64,000 nucleotides of DNA from the NCBI GenBank assembly GCA_016933515.1, contig JAFGAV010000084.1, positions 3,072 to 67,071 of the forward strand. Direction: 5' to 3'. The notes under the pieces are model-generated. The model saw only the letters and a list, made by a program, of their open reading frames with translations, was not told where the DNA came from and searched no databases. A program made the translations under genes and the position numbers. This document shows, piece by piece, positions 27,449 to 38,111 of the stretch; the stretch's first letter is position 1, and the number at the start of each line of letters is the position of its first letter. This stretch comes from Candidatus Aminicenantes bacterium (lineage in GTDB: Bacteria > Acidobacteriota > Aminicenantia > Aminicenantales > JAFGAV01).

Positions 27449-28426
27449 GTGGACCTGAAAGTCCTGAATCCCCTGAACATCGATCTCTCGGACGAGCGGT
27501 TCCGCGTCTCGTTCCTTGCTCCCGCCGAACGGCTCGTCGTTTCGCTCCGGGCCGTCGGATTGGTCCAGCCGCCCGTTTTTGTCGAACGGGAGGGCATGCT
27601 CGTCCTCCTGGCCGGATGGAAAAGGGTCTCGGCCTGCCGCCGGCTTGAGTGGCCGGAGATGCCGGCTTGGATTTATGCCGAAAAGGACGACCGGAGGTGT
27701 TTCCGTTTGGCGCTGTTCGAGAACCTGGCCGTCAGGGAGTTGACGCTCCTGGAGAAAGCGGAGGCGGCCGCCCGGCTCCTTCGCTTCGGCGAAAGCCGGG
27801 AAGCGCTTCTTACCGAGTGCCTCCCCCGGCTGGGATTCCCGGCGCATCGGGGGACGCTCGAGGTCCTTCTCCGGGCCGCGGCCATGGAACCGCGCATCAA
27901 AGCCGCGGCGGACGGGCACATCGGGGACCTGACGGTCCTGAGGGAGCTGGTCCTCTTCAGCGCCGAGGAGCAGGACGCGCTCATGCCCTTCCTGCGCTCG
28001 GCCGGACGCAACAAACAGCGCGGGATCCTCGAGCACCTTCGGGAAGCCTCTCGGAGGGAGAAGAGATTGCCGCTCGAAATCCTGGGCTCCGCGGACATCC
28101 GCGACATCCTCGGTTCGCCGCGCCTCTCGGAGCCTCAAAAGACCGATCGTCTGCGGGCGGCTTTGAAAAAAAAGAGGCATCCGTCCTACTCGCGGCGTCG
28201 GGAGGAATTCGAAAGCCTCTTGAAACGTGCGGGCTGGCCCCGCAGAGCCGGCATCGAACCCTCTCCGTTTTTCGAGGACGACATCCTCAGCGTTCGGGTT
28301 CGTTTCCGGACGACGCGGGAATTTCTCGGCCTCCTCAAAGACATGGAGCGGGCGGCCGGGCGGAAGGAATTCTCCGAAGCCCTGCGCATCGGAGAAGCGG
28401 GGGAGGACGACGACGTTTCCTCATAA
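27449..28426 (+). CDS. ParB/Srx-like N-terminal domain protein
   Basis: ParB-box-like core VQPPVFVEREGMLVLLAGWKRVSACRRL. The remaining ~230 aa is helical and Arg-rich with no motif I recognise. GTG start. Confidence 0.6.
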   Translation: MDLKVLNPLNIDLSDERFRVSFLAPAERLVVSLRAVGLVQPPVFVEREGMLVLLAGWKRVSACRRLEWPEMPAWIYAEKDDRRCFRLALFENLAVRELTLLEKAEAAARLLRFGESREALLTECLPRLGFPAHRGTLEVLLRAAAMEPRIKAAADGHIGDLTVLRELVLFSAEEQDALMPFLRSAGRNKQRGILEHLREASRREKRLPLEILGSADIRDILGSPRLSEPQKTDRLRAALKKKRHPSYSRRREEFESLLKRAGWPRRAGIEPSPFFEDDILSVRVRFRTTREFLGLLKDMERAAGRKEFSEALRIGEAGEDDDVSS

Positions 28427-29537
28427 GGTTTTCGTCGAGGACGGGTGTCTCGGTGAACCTCTCGCCAGGCGCATTCTCGGCCGACTGGGGGACCGGCCCG
28501 TCGAAGTCGTAAAGGACGCGCGGCAGGCGGCGGAGAGATTTTCGGGCGTTTCGGACCCGGTGGGCGAGGGAAAGAGGCATGTTCTTCTGGCCAGGCAGAG
28601 AGGCCGGTTCGTGAAGCCCTGCCCGTGCTCGCCGGGCGTCGTCGGCTGCGGATACATGATCATCGACCAGATCCGGGGCTGCCCCCTGGACTGCAGCTAC
28701 TGCCTTCTCCAGGGCTACTTTGGCGCCGCGCCCGTCACCGTCTTCGTCAACTTGGACGGTTTGTGGCGGGAGCTGGAGAGCTTTGTCCGCCGGCTGGCCG
28801 GCAAAAGGAGGCCGCGGATCGGCACAGGCGAATTCGGCGATTCCCTGGCTCTTGATCCCCTGACGGGGCTCACCGCGGATTTTTTGTCCTATTTCCGTCG
28901 GCAGCCGGGCCTGGTGTTCGAGTTGAAGACCAAAACGGTCGAGATTGAAGGGCTGCTCGGCCTCGACCCCCCCGAAAACGTGGTCGTGGCCTGGTCGCTC
29001 AACGCCCCCTCGGTGGCCGAAGCCGAAGAACACGGCGCTCCGACGGTCGGAGACCGCCTCCAGGCGGCCGCCCGACTGCAGAAGAAAGGCTACGGCCTGG
29101 GTTTTCATTTCGATCCGCTGGTGGATTTTCCGGGATGGGAAGAGGAATACGAGGAGGTGGTGGACCGTCTCTTTCGATGCGTCCCGGCGCAAAGCGTTCG
29201 CTGGATCAGCCTGGGCGCTCTGCGCTTTCCTCCCGGCGGCCGGCGTCTTATGGAAACGCGTTTTCCGGATTCGCCGCTTCCGGCCGGAGAATTTGTCGTC
29301 GGTTTGGACGGCAAGGACCGATATTTCCGTCCCCGCCGCGTCCGGCTGCTTCGGACGGTCGCCGAACAGATCCGGCGGCGGGGAGGAGGGGATGTTCCCC
29401 TCTACTTGTGCATGGAAACTCCCGCGGCGTGGAAAGGAAGCCTAAAAAAAATCCCGGGAGGAAAAGCTTCCCTCGAGAGAAGCCTTTCCTCCCGGGAACG
29501 GGAGATCCGCGGCCGGTCAGACCGGCCGGGGGGTTAA
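28416..29537 (+). CDS. Radical SAM enzyme of the spore-photoproduct-lyase (SplB/COG1533) family
   Basis: CxxxCxxC box GCPLDCSYCLLQGYF and an SPL-like N-terminus (KVFVEDGCLGEPLARRIL). The start is unresolved. The frame is open from ATG 28227, but the conserved sequence begins near 28416, where there is no canonical start; the next canonical start is GTG 28560. Confidence 0.7.
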   Translation, partial: FPHKVFVEDGCLGEPLARRILGRLGDRPVEVVKDARQAAERFSGVSDPVGEGKRHVLLARQRGRFVKPCPCSPGVVGCGYMIIDQIRGCPLDCSYCLLQGYFGAAPVTVFVNLDGLWRELESFVRRLAGKRRPRIGTGEFGDSLALDPLTGLTADFLSYFRRQPGLVFELKTKTVEIEGLLGLDPPENVVVAWSLNAPSVAEAEEHGAPTVGDRLQAAARLQKKGYGLGFHFDPLVDFPGWEEEYEEVVDRLFRCVPAQSVRWISLGALRFPPGGRRLMETRFPDSPLPAGEFVVGLDGKDRYFRPRRVRLLRTVAEQIRRRGGGDVPLYLCMETPAAWKGSLKKIPGGKASLERSLSSREREIRGRSDRPGG

Positions 29538-29962
29538 CCGGATCTTTCGGCCTTCTTTTCGGTGATGATGCCGACGACTTCGACGCCCGAAACGCGGATG
29601 ACGTCGATCAGTTCGACGATCTTGCCGTATTCCAACTCCTGATCGGCGCGCAGGTAAAGCTGTTTGTCATCGGCCGAGAGGAGCGCCTCTTCCAACTTGC
29701 CCTGAAGCTGTTCCGGAGTGACGATTTCCTGGTTGAGGTACAGTGTCCCGTCTCTCTTGATGTACAAAACGACATCCGTGTTTTCCGGCATGTCGATCGT
29801 GTTCAGGGCGCTCGGGATCCGGACATCGACGCCCCTCTGGGCGAGGGGAGTGATGATCATGAAGATGATCAGCAGCACAAGCAGGACGTCGCACAAGGGC
29901 ACGACATTGGGCTCGGATTGATAATCTCCGTGCGATGATGATGATTTAATGGAAATGCTCAT
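29534..29962 (-). CDS. exbD: Biopolymer transport protein ExbD/TolR
   Basis: Single N-terminal TM (VVPLCDVLLVLLIIFMI) and a periplasmic ExbD fold; follows exbB. Confidence 0.85.
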   Translation of the reverse strand: MSISIKSSSSHGDYQSEPNVVPLCDVLLVLLIIFMIITPLAQRGVDVRIPSALNTIDMPENTDVVLYIKRDGTLYLNQEIVTPEQLQGKLEEALLSADDKQLYLRADQELEYGKIVELIDVIRVSGVEVVGIITEKKAERSG

Positions 29963-30009
29963 CTCTCACCCTTAAGCCGGCGGGCTCGCTGGAGCCGCCC
30001 CGGCGGCGA

Positions 30010-30684
30010 TTACTTGCCTTCCTTGCGGATGAAATAATCCAGCAGCTGGGACGAGGTGTTGGCCATTTCGGCTTTGTAGATTTCGATCCGGCTGTTCAGG
30101 TAGTTGAAGCACCACAAGGCGATGATGGCCACCAGAATGCCCACGCCGGTCGTGATCAGCGCTTCGGCGATGCCGCCGGCCACGGCGCCGATGCCGCCCG
30201 AGCCGGTCCGGGCCATGCCGCGGAACGCGTTCATGATACCGAAAATGGTCCCGAACAGTCCGATGAAGGGTGAGGAGGTGGCGATCGTCGCCATCCAGCT
30301 CAGACCCCGGCGCAGCTCCTGCTCGAACATGGTGTTGGCGCGCTCGCATCCGCGCTCGGCGGAATCGATGATTTCCTGCGTGTCCAAATTGACCTGCTTG
30401 GCTTCGACGAATTCCCGGGTTCCGCCGGCGGTCACGCGGGCCAGATGGCTGCCGCGATACTCGGCCTTTGAGGACAGGGCCAGGGCTTCGCTGATCATGC
30501 CTTTTTTCAGCAGATCGGAAAGCTTGGGAGCGATCTCGCGGGATTTCCTCTTGGCGGAGCCGTAGGTCAGGATCCGTTCAATGAGCAGATAGATGGTGAC
30601 CAGAGACAGGACGATAAGGATGATGGCCACGGTTCGGGCGATGAAGGCCATCTGGTTCCACATTTCAATAAGGCCGAATTGCAT
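30010..30684 (-). CDS. exbB: MotA/TolQ/ExbB proton channel protein
   Basis: Three TM segments and the conserved TSSPFIGLFGTIFGIMNAF motif. Confidence 0.85.
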   Translation of the reverse strand: MQFGLIEMWNQMAFIARTVAIILIVLSLVTIYLLIERILTYGSAKRKSREIAPKLSDLLKKGMISEALALSSKAEYRGSHLARVTAGGTREFVEAKQVNLDTQEIIDSAERGCERANTMFEQELRRGLSWMATIATSSPFIGLFGTIFGIMNAFRGMARTGSGGIGAVAGGIAEALITTGVGILVAIIALWCFNYLNSRIEIYKAEMANTSSQLLDYFIRKEGK

Positions 30685-30725
30685 CTCGATACCTCCTTGT
30701 TATATCAGGCCATCTGTTGGGATGG

Positions 30726-31508
30726 TCAGTTTGATTTCAGGGTGAAGCGGACGGTGACGGTGAAGATGACGCCCCGGGGCTTGCCGTTGATGACCATGGG
30801 CTCGTAGACCCACTGGCGAACGGCGTCGATGGCGGCCTGGTCGAGCAGAGGGATCGAACGCAGGACCTTCCAGCTCACCACGCGTCCGTAGATGTCGGTC
30901 GTGGCTTCGATGATGACCACGCCCTCAACGCGGGCCTGGCGGGCGATTTCGGGATAAATGGGTTCCACGGACCGGATCAGGCGCGGGGGCCGGATCTCGC
31001 CCATGGCCCGCACGGGGGCCTCCACGTCTCCCACGACGCCGCCGAGAACGCCGCCCACGACGCCGCCGAGAACGCCGCCCACGACGCCGCCTTCGACGCC
31101 GCCCTCGACGCCGCCCTCGACGCCGATGTCGGAGAGTTGTTCTTCGGCGATTTCATCGGGGATTTCGATGGGGGCGACGAGCTTGCCGGCCTCGATGTTG
31201 GACTGGGCCTGGACGGGCTTGATGCGCGTCGAACGGGTGGAGCGTTTTTTGGCCGCCGGCGGGGGAGGCGGAGGAGGCGGGGGAGGCGGAGGAACCAGGA
31301 AGGCGCTGATCACCTCGACCTGAGGAAGCTCGGGAGTGCTCAAAAGCGGGACGACCACCAGGGATAGGCCCAACCCAAGATGGAGGACCAGCGCGACGAT
31401 CAAGCCGATCGTGGCGCGCTTTTCGGAAACCTTGCCCGAAAAAAAGGAATCCCTGAAAATGTCGCCGCCGACTTCTTTTTTCGCTTCAGACTTTTGGCTC
31501 ACTGGCAT
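30726..31508 (-). CDS. tonB: TonB-family energy transducer
   Basis: N-terminal TM anchor, poly-Pro spacer, Gly-Val repeat region, and a C-terminal TonB domain (YPEIARQARVEGVVII ... VNGKPR). Confidence 0.8.
   Translation of the reverse strand: MPVSQKSEAKKEVGGDIFRDSFFSGKVSEKRATIGLIVALVLHLGLGLSLVVVPLLSTPELPQVEVISAFLVPPPPPPPPPPPPAAKKRSTRSTRIKPVQAQSNIEAGKLVAPIEIPDEIAEEQLSDIGVEGGVEGGVEGGVVGGVLGGVVGGVLGGVVGDVEAPVRAMGEIRPPRLIRSVEPIYPEIARQARVEGVVIIEATTDIYGRVVSWKVLRSIPLLDQAAIDAVRQWVYEPMVINGKPRGVIFTVTVRFTLKSN
31032..31127. repeat. In-frame 12-nt tandem repeat (8 units, including a perfect 24-nt duplication) inside tonB
   Basis: CACGACGCCGCCGAGAACGCCGCC occurs twice back-to-back (31032-31055 and 31056-31079). 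It is followed by four NNCGACGCCGCC-type units. Together they encode (GGVx)n. Confidence 0.85.
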
Positions 31509-31544
31509 TTCATGACCTCATCCGCCCAAAGTTCCTGCGGGGAA

Positions 31545-31574
31545 ATTATAAAGGAAAGGAATCTCGGATTTCAA
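31545..31574 (-). promoter_or_regulatory. Candidate sigma70 promoter for tonB-exbB-exbD
   Basis: Minus strand: TTGAAA, 18 nt, TATAAT, about 36 nt upstream of the tonB ATG. Confidence 0.45.
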
Positions 31575-31589
31575 GTCTTTTGCCAAAAT

Positions 31590-32756
31590 TTATTTCCTCA
31601 TCCCTTTCTTGGGTTTGAAGATCTTCCACCAGAAATAGAGGAAAGGACAGGACTGGAAGATCGACGAGTAGGTGCCGACGAGGATGCCGAGCAGCAGGGT
31701 GAAGGCGAAGTCATTGATGACCTGGCCGCCGAAAAGCACGAGGACGACCAGGGACAGCAGGGTCGTGCCGCCGGTGATGATCGTCCGGCTGAGCGTCTGA
31801 TTGATGCTGAGGTTCATGAGGTCTTCGAAGTCCGCCTTGCGGAGAATTTTCAGGTTGTCGCGGATGCGGTCGAAGATGACGATGGTGTCGTTGATCGAAT
31901 AACCGACCAGGGTCAGGAATGCGGCGATGACGGGCAGATTGATCTCCCGGCTGGTGAAGGAGAAAACGCTCAAGGTGAAGAGGACGTCGTGGAACAGGGT
32001 CAGGAGCGCGGAGACGCCGTAGGCCAGCTTGAAGCGCACGGCCATATAGACGAGAATGCCCAGCAGGGCGTAGATGATGGCCAGCCGGGCACGGTTCCAG
32101 AGGTAATCCCCGGCGATGGGCCCCACCGACTCTTTGCTGAGCACGGCCAGGGAAGCGAGATGGCAGCGTTCTTTGAGCCGGGCGATCGTGTCCGGGCCCA
32201 GGCCCAGGCCTTGCAGCTCGTCCCAGCTGCGGATGACGCCACGCTCCACGCGGAACTCCAGGATTTTTCCGGCGACCGCCGCCGCCTCTTCGAGAAGCAG
32301 GGGTTCGAGGATGAAGGTGAGGCTCTTTTCGTCCAGGCTGCTGATGTCCTGGAGGCCCTCCTCGGCGGCCTTCCGGTCCTCGTCGGAGAGCAGGATGTCG
32401 ATGACGCGGTTGGCCATGATTTCCGTAGCTTCGACCTCAGCCGCCTCCGCGTTCGCCAGGCTGGCCTTGGAGAGGGTCGTGCGGATGATGTACTCGCGGT
32501 TTTCCGTGCCGACCTCCTGGATCTTGCTTTCTCCCAGCTTGATCTCGGACAGGCGGTTGCGGATGTCGCTGATGGGGACGGGCTCCCGGAATTTCACCCG
32601 GACCAGGGTCCCGCCCGAGAAATCCACGCCCAGCTTCAACCCGCCGAAGAAGAACATGTTGACCAGCCCCGCGGCGATGATCGTCCAGGAGAAGGCGAGG
32701 CCCAGATACTTGTACTTCAGGAAGGGAATGCGCGTTTCTTTGAACAGTTGCACCAT
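31590..32756 (-). CDS. secF: Protein-export membrane protein SecF, with an enlarged periplasmic loop
   Basis: Motif GVDFSGGT and C-terminal TM bundle motifs (GYSINDTIVIFDRIREN). Start at MVQLFKE, 2 nt after the secD stop; the track ORF extension to 32903 overlaps secD. Confidence 0.9.
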   Translation of the reverse strand: MVQLFKETRIPFLKYKYLGLAFSWTIIAAGLVNMFFFGGLKLGVDFSGGTLVRVKFREPVPISDIRNRLSEIKLGESKIQEVGTENREYIIRTTLSKASLANAEAAEVEATEIMANRVIDILLSDEDRKAAEEGLQDISSLDEKSLTFILEPLLLEEAAAVAGKILEFRVERGVIRSWDELQGLGLGPDTIARLKERCHLASLAVLSKESVGPIAGDYLWNRARLAIIYALLGILVYMAVRFKLAYGVSALLTLFHDVLFTLSVFSFTSREINLPVIAAFLTLVGYSINDTIVIFDRIRDNLKILRKADFEDLMNLSINQTLSRTIITGGTTLLSLVVLVLFGGQVINDFAFTLLLGILVGTYSSIFQSCPFLYFWWKIFKPKKGMRK

Positions 32757-32758
32757 GG

Positions 32759-34321
32759 CTAGATACTCAGCTTTTCCGTTTTTCTGTGCCTGGGCACGAC
32801 CAGGTCGAAGATCAGCCGGGAAACGAAGACCGCGGTGAACAGGCTGGCCAGCACGCCGATGATCAGGGTGACGGCGAACCCCTTGATCGGGCCCGTTCCC
32901 CACTGGATGAGGAAGAAGGCGGCGATGACCGTGGTGACGTTGGAGTCGATGATCGCGCTCAGCGCCCGGGAGAATCCGAAGCCGATCGAGCTCGGGACGC
33001 TTCGCCCGGACTTGAGCTCCTCCCGGATGCGCTCAAAGATCAGGACGTTGGCGTCCACGGACATGCCGATCGTCAAGATGATGCCGGCGATGCCGGGCAG
33101 GGTCAGGGACACGGGAATCTTCATGATCACCAGGGCGCCCAGGGTGCCGACGATGATGACCAGGTTGAAGAGCAGGGCCACAAGGGCGTTGATGCCCGCG
33201 CCCCGGTAATAGAACACCATGAACACCAGGGTGATCAGGAACGAGGCGAGAATGGCGATGAGCCCCCGGCGGATGGAATCGGCTCCCAGGGAGGGCCCAA
33301 TCGTCCTGTTTTCCAAAATCTTGATCGAAGCCGGCAGCGCGCCGGACTTCAGGGTCACGATCAAGTCGCGGACTTCCTCGATGCTGAACCGGCCGCGGAT
33401 GATGCCGCGGTCGGAGATGCGGTCCTGGATCGTGGGGGCGGACTGGACCTTTCCGTCCAGGATGATGGCCACCGGCTTGCCGATGTTTTCGCCCGTCAGC
33501 CGGCCGAAACGTGCGGCGCCGTCGGGTTTGAGTTCGAAACCGACGGCCGGATTGTCCATCTCGTCGCGGTCGAGATGCACGGAGCTCAGATCCTGCCCGG
33601 TGATGGTCGCGATGCGGCTGACAAGGTAAAACCCTCCCTCCGTTTTCTTGGGATCGCCCTTGACGATCTCCATGTCTTCGGGAATCCGGCTCCCGAAGTT
33701 CTGCAGCAGGGCGGATTCTTCGGCGGCGGGCCCGGCATGGACCAGCTTCCATTCGAGAAGAGCCGTGGTGCGGATGAGGTTCATGGCCCGCTCGGGATTG
33801 GAGATGCCGGGAAGTTCGACGACGATGCGGTCTCCCTCAGTCCCTCCCTGGCGCTGGATTGTGGGCTCGGAGACGCCGAAAAGATCCACGCGGTTGTTGA
33901 TGGTCGCCAGGGCCTGGTCGACCGTTTCGGTGCGGATCGTGCGCTCGGCCGCATGTTTGAGGGTCAGGTTCACGGCGCCGGCGGTCAAGCCGTAGTCCCA
34001 GTCTCTCAGGTATTCATCCAGCAGGTCGCGGATCTTGCCTTCGTCATCCGGGGAGAACTCCGTCAGGGCGAAGCGGCCCAACTGTTTCTTGGTGAACGAG
34101 CGGACCGTGATTTTTTTCCTGGCCAGTAGCTCTTTGAGCCGGCCGATCGTCTGGTCGACGTAGATTTCGATCGCGTCGTCGGTCTGCACCTGGAAGACGA
34201 GATGCATGCCGCCCGCCAGGTCGAGCCCGAGGGGGATTTTCTTGGGGGGCCAGCCCAGGATGAAGGCCGTCCCCATGACGACGAGAACCAGGATGACTTT
34301 TGCCAACAGGTTTTTTCTCAT
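32759..34321 (-). CDS. secD: Protein-export membrane protein SecD
   Basis: GLDLAGGMHLV, a periplasmic P1 domain, and C-terminal TM motifs (GMSVDANVLIFERIREE). Confidence 0.92.
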   Translation of the reverse strand: MRKNLLAKVILVLVVMGTAFILGWPPKKIPLGLDLAGGMHLVFQVQTDDAIEIYVDQTIGRLKELLARKKITVRSFTKKQLGRFALTEFSPDDEGKIRDLLDEYLRDWDYGLTAGAVNLTLKHAAERTIRTETVDQALATINNRVDLFGVSEPTIQRQGGTEGDRIVVELPGISNPERAMNLIRTTALLEWKLVHAGPAAEESALLQNFGSRIPEDMEIVKGDPKKTEGGFYLVSRIATITGQDLSSVHLDRDEMDNPAVGFELKPDGAARFGRLTGENIGKPVAIILDGKVQSAPTIQDRISDRGIIRGRFSIEEVRDLIVTLKSGALPASIKILENRTIGPSLGADSIRRGLIAILASFLITLVFMVFYYRGAGINALVALLFNLVIIVGTLGALVIMKIPVSLTLPGIAGIILTIGMSVDANVLIFERIREELKSGRSVPSSIGFGFSRALSAIIDSNVTTVIAAFFLIQWGTGPIKGFAVTLIIGVLASLFTAVFVSRLIFDLVVPRHRKTEKLSI

Positions 34322-34384
34322 TGCGGATCCTGTGTCGCGGATTCCGGGCGCCGCCGGAGCGGGAGTCGCGAGCGGCCGCCGGGA

Positions 34385-36935
<2,551 letters not shown>

Positions 36936-36941
36936 AGGCTA

Positions 36942-36970
36942 AGTAAAGCCCGATGTGTGCGGGCTGTCAA
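36942..36970 (-). promoter_or_regulatory. Candidate sigma70 promoter positioned for a leaderless ychF-tgt-yajC-secDF transcript
   Basis: Minus strand: TTGACA, 17 nt, TTTACT, then 6 nt to the ychF ATG. Confidence 0.45.
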
Positions 36971-37167
36971 GCGGGGGGCGGACAAGGGAAAAGTCCTCCG
37001 CGCCCGGCGCGGTTCCCATCGATGCGGAAGCGGAACGGCGCATAACGCCTCGGGCCTTTTCTTGCCGTTCAGAAGGTGTGATCGGCATTCGGGCAACTCG
37101 CGGGCGGAGGCCGTTGTTATGAGAAAGAGAAAACGCTATTCTATCTGACGGGAAGAGGTCACTCGAT

Positions 37168-37848
37168 TTGAGCAATAATAAAAACGGGAAACCGCGGACG
37201 AAAAGCGGGCTGCGCGAGACGTTCGAGCTCCTGGTCGAGACGGCGGTTTTCGTCTTTTTCGTCCTGACGTTCGTCGTCCAGTCGTTCGGCATCCCCACGC
37301 CCTCCATGGAGCCGACGCTTCTCGTCGGGGACTTCGTGCTGGTCAACAAAATGATCGCCGCCGGAGGGTCCTCGGCGTTCGAAAGAGCCGTTCTTCCCAA
37401 ACGAAATCTCCGCCGGGGGGACATGGTGGTGTTCAAGGCTCCCTCCGAAAACCTGGGCCAGGACTACGTCAAGCGGATCGTCGCCCTGGAGGGCGAGGAG
37501 GTCGAAATCCGGGGAAAAGAGGTTCGGATCGACGGCCGCCCCCTCGCGGAGCCCTATAAAGTCCATCTTTACGGCGCGCTGCGCCTTGAAAACGACGACT
37601 TCGGGCCTCGGACCGTGCCGCGCGGCCATCTGTTCGTCATGGGCGACAACCGCGACAACAGCGCCGACAGCCGGGCGTGGGGCTTCCTTCCCCGGGAATG
37701 CGTCAAGGGCGTTCCGTGGATCGTTTATTTTTCCTATCGCGCCGAAGCGGACGCGCACTTGAAGACAGGCCTCGGCGACCGTCTCAAGCGCCTGGTGAGC
37801 TTCCTCCCCAAGGCCCGCTGGGGCCGGCTGCTCTGCGTTGTCCGCTGA
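37168..37848 (+). CDS. lepB: Signal peptidase I
   Basis: Catalytic Ser box PTPSMEPTL, Lys box YVKRIVAL, and GDNRDNSADSR. TTG start. Confidence 0.9.
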   Translation: MSNNKNGKPRTKSGLRETFELLVETAVFVFFVLTFVVQSFGIPTPSMEPTLLVGDFVLVNKMIAAGGSSAFERAVLPKRNLRRGDMVVFKAPSENLGQDYVKRIVALEGEEVEIRGKEVRIDGRPLAEPYKVHLYGALRLENDDFGPRTVPRGHLFVMGDNRDNSADSRAWGFLPRECVKGVPWIVYFSYRAEADAHLKTGLGDRLKRLVSFLPKARWGRLLCVVR

Positions 37849-38039
37849 AGACGCGCCGCCGCATTCGTCTTGGCCGCGGCGACGAGTCCAGATCGGCCTC
37901 ATGCGGCCGCACTCCCAAAAGGGATCGCCTTCGACATCAATCCCCGGCGGTTCTTCAGCCGCAACCGGTCTTAAGCCGCTTGAACGGTTTGAGGAGCGGC
38001 AGAATCGGAACGGCAGTCAGCCGCCTCTTCCGCCGGCTA

Positions 38040-38068
38040 TTGATGAAATCATCCGTTTTTAATATAGT
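38040..38068 (+). promoter_or_regulatory. Candidate sigma70 promoter for the second lepB
   Basis: TTGATG, 17 nt, TATAGT, 43 nt upstream of the GTG at 38112. Confidence 0.45.
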
Positions 38069-38111
38069 AGCCCTTCCTGTTCATGAGAAATCCGAATCGA
38101 GGTGATCGCCC

